From: Felis catus
Taxonomy: Eukaryota
Direction of reading: 5' to 3'
Assembly: GCF_018350175.1 (NCBI RefSeq)
Contig: NC_058368.1
Span: forward strand, 121,956,001 to 122,020,000
Length of the DNA stretch: 64,000 bases
The translations under genes were made by a program, and so were the position numbers. This document shows, in pieces, positions 38,286-50,797 of this stretch. The notes under the pieces were generated by a model that was given only the letters and a program-made list of their open reading frames with translations, had not been told where the DNA came from and did not search any database. Each line of letters starts with the position of its first letter. The stretch's first letter is position 1.

Positions 38286-40848
38286 AGGGAGTGAGCTCTA
38301 GCTGCATTCTGAATTTTCATGATCTTATCCTAACTATATTGTGTTATACTGTCCTATTAGATTATAAGAGCTGTGCTTTCTAGTGGTGTTTGAGTATCTA
38401 GCACATGCCAAGAATGTACTGAGCATTTTCATACACATCACATGTAACCATTCCAGTAGCTCTCCTAGAAAATATTGTTGGCCCTACACTACCCGTGAAG
38501 AAACTGAGCAAAATAAGTGGAGACTCCAAGATTATAGGAACTATTTAATGTTATCTTTTCAACTTAGCACATTGCCTTGTCTAGAACATGGTTCAACAAT
38601 ATCCATGGAATGAATGGAGGGTTGCTTAGCAAGTCTGCAGAAAACTGGGATTTGAACCGACTCTGACTGATGTCAAAGATTTGTAGGCTTTCATTGATGT
38701 CACCTTAATTCCTATGGGTCTGTCACAGACCCTTAATGCAGTGTGAAGTGATTCCCCAATGCTGGTTAAATATACAAGTCTTTCACCTCAGTCAACTAAT
38801 TTATAGATTTGAAACTCTTCATCCAGGTATTATATTTACTGGTGTCTCCTTCCCCTTTGATGGTATCTAGTTTAACAAATAGTCATTAGATACCTACTCA
38901 GATCAGCAGATTATGCTCAACCCCAGATGCACAAAGATCATCAACACATGATCCCACCCTCATCCTCCTAGTCTGGTTTGGAAGTCATGTTATACGAGTG
39001 TTTAATACAGTGAAGTGCTACTAGGAACCTGAGATTCTGACTGAGCTGGAAGTGACTATAAATACCATCTTATAATCTGCACTACATAATTTGGAGCAAA
39101 TTATATACTATCCAGATTCCACAAAAGGAGCTCTGCTGTTCCCAACATGAGGTTCTTGAAGGAAGAAACTCATACATTTTTACTCCCCAAAGTATTTTAC
39201 AGAGTGCTAAGTAAATGACAGGTGGCCATCTCTTAATTAACTGGCCCAGCTCTGTTTCTGCTTCTGTGTGTACCAAGTAACCAAGAGTCAGATTCCTCAT
39301 GGACAAAGAGTGGCTTGGTCAGACATGGTTAAAGTTCTAATTATAGACAGCACTTCTCAGAGAATAAAGAGGTAGGAAGGCTCTCCATTCTGACCTGAGA
39401 GAGCCTTGTAAGTAATTCTGTTGAGAGTTTTTTTTTATTAAATTGATTAATTAGTAAAGTAATTCATTCAAAAATTTATTAACTATTATGCATTAGCCAG
39501 TATGACTAGAACTAAGAGCATGCTAGTTCCTGCCCTTGAGACTTACACTGTCTGGTGAGGAATATGGACTTGTAAGGAGGTAACTGTAGTATAGTATGAT
39601 AGAAACTAAAATAAGGAAAAGTACAGAGTATTATGGTAACATGTAGGAGAAGCATCTAATTTGAACTTGGGGTTATCAGGGGAAGCCCTCTGGAGAAAGT
39701 ATCCTAAATCTAGTGGGAAAGGATAAATCAAAGTCAGTCTGAACAAAGGCAAAAGTATACCAGGCATAGGGGACAGCTCCCAAGACCCCTAACAACACAT
39801 TTGAGGACCAACAGAGACTTTAGTGTGACAGAAGCATGAAGTGCTGGGCAGGGCAAAAGAAAGAGGTGTATTCAAACGATACTACAGAAGAAAGCTTGAG
39901 ATTCGTGACAAAGATCTTCATGGGCAACAGGAAGAGGAGACATCAAGGGTTTAAGGAGAGAAGTGAGAATTATGCTTTGAGAATATTATAGCCCTTGCTG
40001 TGTTTCATTATGGTACTTCTTACTTTCTGTAGTCATTGTTTGTCTATATACCTCTACCATTAGACTATGAGCCTTAAGACAAGGCTCCTGTCTTATTTCT
40101 CCTTGTATCTCGAGTGACCAATGCAGTATCTACTAGATAATTGATGCTCAATACTTGTTTTAATGAAAGATATCTGTAGGAACCCTTGGTAGATTTGAGG
40201 GGACTCAGTCTGCTGAGGATGTATTATCACAGGGATCCTCAACTTAGATTCCTTGGATCTCTTGAAATTACATGCAAAAATGTGGATGTAAATATGTACA
40301 CGTTTTCAGGAGTGAGGGATCATCACTTTCTTGAGATTCTCAAAGGTGTCCAAGACCTCACAATGATTATGAAGCACTGAATAAATACAGAATGTTGGGA
40401 AATGTGGTTTTTGAGCCTGGCTCTAGCTAGGCAAGACCTCTCAAAGGCCAAATGCTCAAGGACAGTTCACAGCAAAAGCAGCAAAATGAAGAGCAGATAT
40501 GGATTTCCAAGTGGAGGGGATGGAGAAAGGGTCAAGGACCAGTTCTATGGTGGGAACATGATATGTGCAACAAAAGGGAAAAGAAACTTGGAGATGGAAC
40601 AGCAGTTTCCCTCATGTCTTCTGGGTTAGCAATCAATAGCTACCACAGTCCTTAAAGAAAACAGTTCTAGGTAGAGCAATATGGAACTGTGAAGTCACTA
40701 CTGCAACAGGCCATTGTAGACAAAGGACCCTGAGAGGCCCAGAACCTAAGGAAGACAAGGTACCGGTTGTCATCACTGGAAGAAAAAGATTTTGTGGAAG
40801 CCAACTCCCTCCCTTTGTCTTTTGTGAATTTGTGCAAACTTAAAATAG

Positions 40849-41083
40849 TTTTATTTGTTTGTTAATTAATTAATTAATTAATTATATTTTAGAGAGAGAG
40901 AGAGAGAGCAAGTGAGTGGGGGACAGGGAAGGAGGGAGAGAGGGAGGGAGAAAGAATCTCAAGCAGGCTCCAGGCTCAGCGCGGAGCCAAATATGCTGGG
41001 CTCAATCCCACCACCCTGGGTTCATGACCTGAGCTGAAATCCAAGAGTTGAACACTCAACTGAGTGAGCCACCCAGATGCCCC
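40849..41083 (-). mobile_element. Can-SINE
   Basis: gaatctcaagcaggctcc..gagccacccagatgcccc; GA tract. Confidence 0.9.
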
Positions 41084-41389
41084 TTGAAATAGTATTTTTA
41101 AAAGACAGAAATTACACACACACACACACACGGGAAAAATTTCTTGCTAGGTATCCATTAAAATTTTATGATAATTCTGTCTCGATGTCAGAAAATTATT
41201 ATTTTTTTTAACATCACATAACTTAAAAAAAATAAGCATGTTTTGCTTTTATAGGCATCACCTGGGGAAAATAATTCCATCTTGAAGATAGAATTATAGG
41301 ATAAAGAATGCAAAAAAAAAAGACAACTATTGTGATGATGGTCACAGGAAAGCATTGTACACATTCATGTTTCATAGGCCATGAAGATC

Positions 41390-41543
41390 ATAATCACCAA
41401 AGAAACACATTAAAAATGCAGATTCCTGGGCCCAGCCCCAGTTCTACTGAATCATACCCTTTAGGAAACAGGAACTGTGAATCTGCAACTTAAAAACTCC
41501 CCAGGTAACTCCTGTGCTGACCACAGGGACTTTAAAAATACCA
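41390..41543. mobile_element. MER5A-like hAT MITE
   Basis: ttaaaaatgcagattcctgggccc..ctactgaatca..gaatctgca..ctccccaggt. Confidence 0.75.
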
Positions 41544-43069
41544 GGTCAAAAAAGGTGAGGCACGCTCAGTAAAGAAGTTTCAGAACCAGCAAGCAACCTT
41601 TCTTCTCCATGTATGCACATGCCACAGACACTAAGAAAGCATGGGGCAGAGGTGAGTTTATTACATCCTCTTAACTTTTTATTTAGTGATTTAGCTAAAG
41701 TGATTTTTTTCTACCTTCCAAAACATTCTCATATATATTTTTTAAAAATGTGCTTATAATCTGAAGTTGGATGTAATAGTGGCAGGGGAAAAAAGCCAGT
41801 GTAAATTATGAGCTGACAATGTTGTATATCCATGCAAATCCCACCTTTCTGAGAAGAGAGGATGAAACCACTAATGGTGTCCTTGTAGACAGCATACTTC
41901 CTTATAGATACCTGAGAATTTTTCACCCTTTTATCCATCTAGATGCCAGGGTGGAATCAACAGCTGGGGGTATTAACACTCCAAGGGGCTGCCTCTCTCA
42001 GGTGGTGATGGATAATCCCCAGGGCTCTGAGGATCATGTAAGATCAGGAAGGGTGGATTTTTTTTATAGCTGCAAGTCCTGCCTGTGCTAGAAAATTCCA
42101 ATACTAAGACTACAATTTTAGGTCACCCAAATTTTAATTTATTTTATCATGTTATATTTGATACACCATTGCATGTCATCCCACGTTCTTTTGGAAGAGA
42201 ATGGAGTAAAAATATTCTAGTTCAACAATCCTGTTTTGACAGATCAATATGAGCCTAGTTTCCAAATATAAACAGGTGGACTGAGTGCTCTTTCTATGCT
42301 TGTAGGTAAGACACTGTATTTTTTGTGGAGGGAGACTTGTCTGGGTTTGCATTACACTGGTGATTCTTCATGGAAGTAATGGGATTTCCTTAATCGAGCC
42401 CATTAGACTATCTTCTTGTAATTATCTCAGGGGCCAATCTGTCTATGTAATGGGCTCTGGAGGAATCAAACCTTCAGGTTCTTACAAAGGAAAATGTTGT
42501 GTACATGTCAGAAGAAAACCGTTTTGAAGAATTACTGGCTAACCATCTCAACTACAGCCGGGGGGGACTTTGCTGTGATACTGCAGGAAATTGCTGGATT
42601 TGGGACTTTATTGCTCCAAAGGGTATTTCTTTTTCATGGGCGTTTTAATAAATCTAAAATGTGCATGACGCCAGTGGCACAGGGGACTCCACACCATCTG
42701 GTGAGGTTGGGCAGGCTGCTGCCTGCTCACTGTGGGAGGATACCAGAATCTTAAGGGTTGGAAAGACTGCCAAAATTCTGGATGGCTCTGGGTGTAACTA
42801 ATGATTAGCTCTACAGCCTTGCTGGATTGGACTGGCCAGTTGTCTTGGTTCCTTTCATCAGGACCACCAATGTCCCGACACAGTGGACACGTATCCCAAC
42901 TTTTCAGCCAGTGCTACTACAAGATATTCACACTATGTGATGATAACCAACTTCCTCATTCTCTGTTTTGCAAATTTTAATGTGGAGTACAGAGAGAGTA
43001 GATCCATAGTGAAGAGGAAATCATGACAAGCCAAGAACCAAATAATGAACATATAACAGTATTAGTAAT

Positions 43070-43533
43070 TGTGATGGGTTGAATTGGCCTCCCCAAAATT
43101 CATATGTTCAAGTCTTGACTTCTATATTGTGATTTGATTTGAAAATAGGGTCACTGCAGATATAATTAGTTAAAATGAGATCATTAGGGTGGGCCCTAAT
43201 CCAATGTTACTGGTATCCTTCTAAAAAGGCAAAATTGGGACACAGAGACACTTGCACAGGAAGAAGGCCACATGAACACATAGGCAGCAATTGGAATGAT
43301 GTATCTTGCATCTACAAGCCAAGGAACTCCAAAGAATGACAGGAGCTGGCAAATAGGCATGGGGCATTTTCTCTGTTCCTCAGTTCCATAAGATCACTGC
43401 CCTCAGAAGTGACCAACCCTACCAACATCTTGCTCTCAGACTTCCAGACTCCAGAACCATAAGATACTAATTTTCTGTTGTCTAAGCCATGCAGTTCATG
43501 GCACTTTGTTATAGCACAGTCACAAACGAACCA
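43070..43533 (+). mobile_element. MaLR solo LTR (MLT1B/C-like)
   Basis: tgtgatgggttgaatt..ccccaaaattcatatgtt..agggtgggccctaatccaat..ctacaagccaaggaa..cagacttccag..tggcactttgttatagca. Confidence 0.85.
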
Positions 43534-43578
43534 GGTTCCATTCTGAGCATTCTGTTCATATTATCTTTGAATCCTCTT

Positions 43579-43798
43579 CCTAAAAAAATTAAAAAAAAAA
43601 TTTAACATTTTCTTTGAGAGACAAAGAGGGACAATGCACGAGCAGGGGAGGGGCAGAGAGGGAGACACAGAACTTGAAGCAGGCTTCAGGCTCTGAGCTG
43701 TCAGCACAGAGCATGATGTGGGGCTTGAACCCACGAACCATGAGATCATGACGTGGGCTGAAAGCAGACACTTAACTGACTGAGCTACCAGGTGCCCC
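43579..43798 (-). mobile_element. felid Can-SINE (inner member of a tandem pair)
   Basis: Complete body ending ccaggtgcccc. Confidence 0.92.
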
Positions 43799-44041
43799 TA
43801 AGATTTTTTTTAAAATATTTATTTTTGAGAGAGACAGAGAGAGACAGAGAGACAGAGAGACAGAGAGACAGAACATGGAGGGGGGGGGGGTAGGGAGAGG
43901 GAGACAAAAAATCCGAAGCAGGTCCAGGCTCTGAGCTGTGAGCACAGAGTCCAATGTGAGGCTTGAATCCATGAACCATGCATGACATAACCACCTGAGC
44001 CGAAGTCAGATGCTTAACCAACTGAGCCACCCAGGTGCCCC
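43799..44041 (-). mobile_element. felid Can-SINE (outer member of a tandem pair)
   Basis: Complete body ending gagccacccaggtgcccc; its TSD tctttgaatcctctt flanks both copies. Confidence 0.92.
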
Positions 44042-44619
44042 TCTTTGAATCCTCTTTAACATCAGTCCTGTGGTCTGAAGATTGGCGTGACTTATTAATT
44101 GGTAGGAAATGAGTGGCTGGGCGATGGAGGAAGAATTCTTTTCCTTTCCTTTTTACCACCAACAGTACATTCTAGTGGGGTTTTCAAAGTACACAGGGCT
44201 GCAAGGGCCTTGGGGGATAGGGTGAGGTAGGATTCGTATCCTGCACATGTGACTTTGCTCATAGAATTCTCACATGAGGCTACTAGAAGATGCCATGTTT
44301 AGGACTCTCCTTAGCACAGATGCTGTTTTCAAGAGAAGGAAAAGGGGAAGCAGCTCTTGTGTGCCTAGAGAAGAGGAAGGGTGGTATGAATTTTAGCCCA
44401 GGGACTCCGAGGGCATTCTTTACTTCTGGACTAAATGTGGGCTCCCCAGAGCCTATTCTGATTCAAACCTCTCTGAGCACTAAGGCTCTCCAGTGCTTTA
44501 GTGTTTTTAAATTTCCCTTTCTGACACTGCTTAAAATCTATTTCAGTTCTCCTCCCTGTCCCAGTCAAGTTGATTTTCTCATGCTTTATTCCAACAAGCC
44601 CTTTGCAGTACAAGGAAGA

Positions 44620-44940
44620 AAACAGACGCCACATTATGAAACCCAAAGGACAAGGGGCTGAACGCCACGTCATAAGCTAACATGTGCCCTAAATACGGTC
44701 GCCAAGTCAACCAGCCAACATGGCTGCCAATCACCTGCGTCCATATTGAGTGATCTGCAGCCGGATTACGAAGATTAAAACCAGTCCTGATGACGTGCAA
44801 AAGTGGGCCCGACTGATCGTATCGATTCTTCCCCACTGAGAGGGAATCACAGGTTAGCAGGCAGAAATCAATTCCACTGCATTAAGCTAAGCCAAGTGGA
44901 GATTTATTCGTACCATGCTTGGGAACGTCTTTACGAAAAT
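44620..44940. promoter_or_regulatory. candidate intronic promoter/enhancer (CpG-enriched, bZIP, YY1 and CCAAT motifs)
   Basis: About 15 CpGs in ~320 bp that I could not assign to a repeat; GCCACGTCAT 44664-44673, CAACATGGCTGC 44716-44727, CCAAT 44727-44731, TGATGACGTGC 44788-44798. Confidence 0.45.
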
Positions 44941-46199
44941 GGGGAATATTTTTTTAAATCTGTGTACAGATACATACACTCGTTTATAAATAAATACTTA
45001 AGTATTTACATAGATACCTGTGCCTTCTTCCTTTTTTGTAATATTTAAAAATCTGAAGCACAATGGTACAGAACACAAGGCTCTCCCACCTCCAATTGTG
45101 TGTTTTTTTTTTAAATGAAAGAAGCTATGTGTGTTGAGATGTCGTCGACTTGGCTAGTTTAACAGTACCCCAGATTTCAGGACGGAATGGGAGAGCAGAC
45201 ACGCATCCACCGCAGCCAAAGAGGCAAAGGGAGCCATTTGCTCTTGAGGAAATCATCATTTTTGGCTCTTTAAATTAAAGAAACCTGGCCCTAGGCTTCA
45301 ATGCACCATAGGGAACACAGAATTCATTCTCTTCCCTCCTCCAGTGAGAACACACAGGCTGGGGCTGAAGAGAGCTTTCAGAATGAACAATGGGTGGAAA
45401 ACACTGCCCTTCCAGCAGTGAGAAATGTGAAATTCCACTCCTACCCTCACACATGTCACCAGGGAGCCATCCTGTGTGCTCCATCAGTACCGGGACACCA
45501 GCCAGGCAATCATTTGTACTCAGGGGCTCAGCCTTAACCTAAAAAAAATCATCAGAAGAGCCAAAGAGGGGTTCCTCCCCATCCCTCATCACTAAGAAAT
45601 AAGGAACACCACATTTTACCACCAGAAACTGTTTGTGGTTCTGACTGAGAATGGTTTCGAGCTCATTCTTCCTTTAGGCATGCTGTCTATCGACTTCTGA
45701 GCCTGCCTTGCCTAAGACACTCATCCTCTGCCTTCACGACCATTCCCGGCCCTCAGGCCCTTTAAATGCATTGCTGGGCCTCTAGTGGGTGGTCTGTAAA
45801 CCAATAAGGGTACCATCAGCAAACACACGAGATGAGGCAGTTAAGAGACTAGGGGTCAAGTTTATATTCAGCGTAGGCTATAAACTACCCATTCCCAATT
45901 CAGTGGAAAAATCAGTCATTGACCAAAACCTTTCAGTTGCTCAGAGCTGGGCACTGGGGCAAGAGGAGGCACCTGTGTCTTTGAGGAACAGTGTCTGCTG
46001 CACTGCTTCATCGTCCTGTCCCTCAGAACGGCACCTTGCATATGAGAGCACATGTGGGTAGGCGGGCAGGGGAGGCTGGGTCAGAGTCTGCAGGCCTGAG
46101 TTCTCACCTTTGCTCTTCCACTTGGTAACTGTATGCCCTGGAAGAAGTAACAGGACCTCACCAAAACCACAGCTGCCTCAACTCTAAAATGAGACACAG

Positions 46200-46425
46200 G
46201 GGGCGCCTGGGTGGTGCAGTCGGTTAAGCGTCCGACTTCAGCCAGGTCACGATCTCGCGGTCCGGGAGTTCGAGCCCCGCGTCAGGCTCTGGGCTGATGG
46301 CTCAGAGCCTGGAGCCTGTTTCCGATTCTGTGTCTCCCTCTCTCTCTGCCCCTCGCCCGTTCATGCTCTGTCTCTCTCTGTCCCAAAAATAAATAAACGT
46401 TGAAAAAAAAAATAAAAAAATAAAA
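46200..46425 (+). mobile_element. young felid Can-SINE
   Basis: CpGs are intact; perfect TSD aaaatgagacacagg at 46186-46200 and 46426-46440. Confidence 0.96.
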
Positions 46426-48289
46426 AAAATGAGACACAGGACTTCAGCTACTATTCCATGGTTTTGAGTAAGTTTGTGTGCATAAAAATGGGATAATAAA
46501 GATCGGATTCGCAGTGGACAGGAGACCTAATAAGAAAGTAATTACAGAAGCATTTTTTTAAGTTGTTAAGTGACATCTAAATGTTAACTTTTGCCATGTG
46601 GAGAGGAGGAAATTCCTCAAAGACTTATCTGTAATATGAGCAATTTGGTACAATTATTGGTGGTCTTTAATCAATAAGTCACTAAATTTCTCCGATCGCT
46701 GGTTTCCCCACCTCGATGACTAGCCTTCCACAGGAGGAGAAAATGAAGTAAAGGAAGTGTAAATGTGTTTTTAAATCATAAACTGTCCTAGAAATGCAAG
46801 CGGTTATTATGTAGAGAACTCGTTTTGACTTTTGGCATTATGATGCACACACTGTTAGTTCTTGGCTCAATGACAGATTTTAATTGGCCTGGCTATGAAA
46901 ATCTTATAGAGCTATTATGTGCTACACCTGTGATAGCCGTGCAGCGTGTTAATCAAGACAATTAGGCTGGGGACCCAGAGAATGGCTTTCCACCACTGTG
47001 CATAATCCTCCTCACTTTGAGAGGGAAATTAACAGCTGCTTTATGGTCGCTCATATTATCTCACTTTCTTGGAGAGAGATCCCAATCTGATCCACCTTGA
47101 CGAAGCAACATCTATCACTGATGCTTGGAATGATACAACATCTGTGAAGAAATATTAGACTTTGGAAAGGCTTTTGGGCTGGGAGTAAAAATAAAAAAAA
47201 AAAAAAACATCACGTGTGGCACTCGCTGGGTAAAACAGCCCCTGGATGACAGCCAGAATCAGAGGGAAAAAAGTTGATCTCTTTTTAGTGCTGTATTTGA
47301 GAAAAAAAAGGAACAGAGGATGAGCAGATCAATTTAGCTCTCAAAAAATTTATTCTCTAGTCTGCAAAAGGAGGAGAAGGAGGAGGCTCCTGGGGCAGTA
47401 CTATTCTATATGCTCCCAAGTTTCTCATTAACATCAACTACAAAACCTTCTGGAATTTTCTTCATTCCCCAACTCTTGGTAAGTCCATGTCTTCTGAGAA
47501 GTCTGAAAAATACATCTTGTTGACTGGATTTCATTTCAGCCCAGATACTGAGCTGATAATCAGTGATTTAAAAAGTGGCAAATATAAGTGTTTGCTATGT
47601 GATGGTCATAAGGTTCTGAATTTACATGGGTTTACCTCATTAGCTCCTGGGGGGTAAAGTGCTATGCAGATAGTTAACTCTCATTTTGTAGATATGGAAG
47701 CTGAGGCTTGGGAAGGCTGAACTAATAAGCTCACATCACAGAGTCCGGACTCAAATTCAGGTCTTCTGACTTCAAGACTTTTCCATAACACCATTCTGCT
47801 TGTCACCTGTGGAATGGATTCTAACATCCATTATGCAAGGACTGGGAAGCAGGTCTAATTTCTACGACTCCAGTAGCTAGGGCTGCACTTGTCACCTTCT
47901 AAGTGCTTATAGTAGAATTTAACTTTGAGACAAGAAGAGCTTCCTAAATTGCTTATTATTTCTAGAATGAGCCTTGCACAATGGACAGCGCATTCTAAAA
48001 AGAGAGCACCTAAAAGGTCCAGGATCCATTTCTAATCATCTCCTCTGCCTTGGCTGAGTCAGAGGACATGACTCTTGTTCCCTAAAGACTCTTGTCCTGG
48101 GGACACAAGTATGTCCAGTAGCAGCTGGCTCATTCCAATTGAGAAGATCCAGGAGGCTAGCTTTTGGTCTGGGTCTTCTCTATTGTGCATTGGAAGAGGC
48201 TGAAATGAATCATCATACCTGCAGTTTGCAATCTATGCACCAAAGTGCCCTGTGGTATCAAAGCAAACTCACAGGGGTACTGGAAGAGG

Positions 48290-48785
48290 CTTTAAATTTT
48301 GAGGGCAAAACACCAATATTTAACATCTGTCAGATACTGTAAGAACTAAACTAGCTAAACTATTTCAACATTTGTGTTTGTTTTTCCCCCTTTAATTACA
48401 TCATATTTTTGCTAAGTTTTTTTTTTATAGTTAATGTGATTAAAACCAAGTACTGCATCAAAATCAAGGTGGAACAGACATAGAGGGTGGCAGTGCCCAA
48501 TCTGATTCCAAGGGGTGAGTAGCTGCTGTGTAGAGTCCGACAGAGCCATATATTTTGTTATAAGTAATTACAGTTAAGAATGAAATAGAACATGGTTTCT
48601 TTCAATTTATCTGTATTCTTTTTTTCAAACAGTTACTAAATTGTGAAGGTACACATACTTATAAGTAGATTGGACCTAACTAGTTAACAGAAACGTTAGG
48701 TTTTTCTTCTGCCCTAGGAACACCATGAAAACAATTACTGCAACCCTAAGCACGCATGAACTGAGATAGTGTGGCAATCTCTGCT
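48290..48785 (+). mobile_element. hAT-Charlie DNA transposon 3' fragment (MER20B-like)
   Basis: attaaaaccaagtac..aatcaaggtggaacagacatagagggtggcagtgcccaatctgattccaagg resembles a decayed hAT transposase C-terminus. Confidence 0.55.
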
Positions 48786-49074
48786 CTCCCCCAATCCTGG
48801 TTTACTGGGAGGTATACCGGGGATGACCCTGCCTCTGATTCCCCACTTGTAAGATGGCAGCCAACAAAACAGTTCCCAGGCACTGAGCTCTTAGCTGCAG
48901 GCTAGATAACAGGTTAGTTCTTAAGCACTGTAAATGTATGACCTCATTTAATTCATCTCCAAAATGGTGTGAGTGTCAAATTATTATTATTTTTTAACTT
49001 TGTTCTCTCTCTCTTTTTTTTTAACATCATGATAGAAAGGTAATATAGTATAGGCAGTTTTAAGAAGTACGGCT

Positions 49075-49290
49075 TTTAGTTTTGTTGACTGTTTCCTTTG
49101 TAGTGCAGAAACTTTTTATCTTGATGAGGTCCCAATAGTTCATTTTTGCTTTTAATTCCCTTGCCTTTGGATGAGCACTGGGTGTTGTACGTAAGTGATG
49201 AACCATGGGAATCTACCCCCAAAACCAACAGCACACTTTACACACTGTATGTTAACCAATTTGAAAATAAATTATATTAAAAAAAAAAAA
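49075..49290 (+). mobile_element. short 5'-inverted carnivore L1
   Basis: Antisense ORF2 piece 49075-49170 is fused to a sense 3' end (gatgagcactgggtgttg..aataaa..polyA); degenerate TSD aagaagtacggctt / aaaaagtagggttt. Confidence 0.8.
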
Positions 49291-49335
49291 GTAGGGTTTG
49301 AAATTGGAGTCAGATTTTTTACCAGCCTCTCTTTT

Positions 49336-49720
49336 ACCAACAAGGGGCCTCCTCAATGCCCATCACCCATTTTGCCCCACCTACACTCCCCCCATCAACT
49401 CTCAGTTTGTTCTCTGTATTTAAGAGTCTCTTATGGTTTGCCTCCCTCCCTCTCTGTTTGTAACTACTTTTTCCCCCTTCCCTTCCCCATGATCCTCCGT
49501 TAAGTTTCTCAAGTTGCACATATAAGTGAAAACAGGATATCTTTCTCTGACTGACTTATTTCACTCAGTATGACACCCTCCAGTTCCATCCATGTTGCTA
49601 CAAATGGCAGGATTCCATTCTTTCTCATTGCCAAGTAGTCTTCCATTGTATATATAAACCACATCTTCTTTATCCATTCATCAGGTGATGGACATTTGGG
49701 TTCTTTCCGTAATTTGACTA
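49336..49720 (-). mobile_element. carnivore L1 ORF2 end and 3'UTR fragment lacking its tail
   Basis: ORF 49509..49724 gives KEPKCPSPDEWIKKMWFIYTMEDY...ATWMELEGVILSEISQSEK, the L1 ORF2 C-terminus. Confidence 0.93.
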
Positions 49721-50773
49721 GCATGAAACTTTTATGGTCTCCATTTTTCAGATGAGGAAAAGAAGCTCAGGGAGGCTAACAAACTGCCCAGGGTCACTTA
49801 GCTAGTAAGTGGCAGAGCAGACACTTATGTCTAAAGCTGTTTGATCTCCAATGCCTGTATTTTACTTTAATTAAGCTTTTGAGAATACTGTAGATTCACA
49901 TGAAGTTTTATAATTAATAATATAAAGAGTTTCTATGTACTTTTCGCTCAATTCATCCCAATGGTAACGTCTTGGAAAGCTACAGTATCACAACCAGATA
50001 CTGACATTGATATGGTCAAGATAAAGACCACATTGCCATTCCTTCAAGGATTACTCATGTTGCCTCTTTAGAGCCACATACTCATCTTCCTCCAGGTACT
50101 ACCCTCTCCTTCACCCCAGGCAATCCCTAATCTTGTCTTCACCTACATAACAATTTTGAAAGGACAGAATTAGAGAAATGGAGAACAGATTAATGGTTGC
50201 CAGGGGTGAAGGAGAGGTCCATTATACTACCTAAACTTTTATTGCTGAGTCATGGGTATGGAGGTGGGGCATCATGTTTAAACCCTTCACCCACTGAAGG
50301 ACATGTGAGTTGTTTCCAAGTTTGGCTAACTACAACACAACAATAGACACTGTGTCAAGGCGTGTGTGCAGGGTTTTGTGTGAGCATTAAGTGTTCATTT
50401 TTGAAAGATACATGTCAAGGACTGCAGTTCCCGGGTCCCATCTCAGTTGCATGTTTAGATTTTTAAAGAAATTGTCAAATTGTTTTCCAGAATGGGTGTA
50501 CCATTTTACATTCTCACCAACATTACATGTGATCAAGTTTCTCTACATCCTCACCAGCATTTGGTATTGTCACTATTTTTTATTTTAGCCACTATGACAG
50601 GTATGTAGTGACATCTTAATGTGGTTTTAATTTGCCTTTTCCTAAAGGCTAATGACTGAACACCTTCTGATGTTATTTGCCATGTGTATGTTCTCTTTTG
50701 TGAATGTCTCTTCACATTTCTTTTTGTCTGTTTTTTTGGGGGGGTATGATTGTATCAAAGTTAAAGCTTTATT

Positions 50774-50797
50774 GTGCTCACTTGGGCAGCACATATA
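50774..50797 (+). pseudogene. U6 snRNA 5'-end retrocopy (24 nt, 3'-truncated)
   Basis: GTGCTCACTTGGGCAGCACATATA versus U6 nt 1-24 GTGCTCGCTTCGGCAGCACATATA (22/24); perfect 17-bp TSD. Confidence 0.88.

Noticed and set aside
46200..46290. tRNA-like A/B boxes
   Set aside because: These are Can-SINE heads, not tRNA genes.
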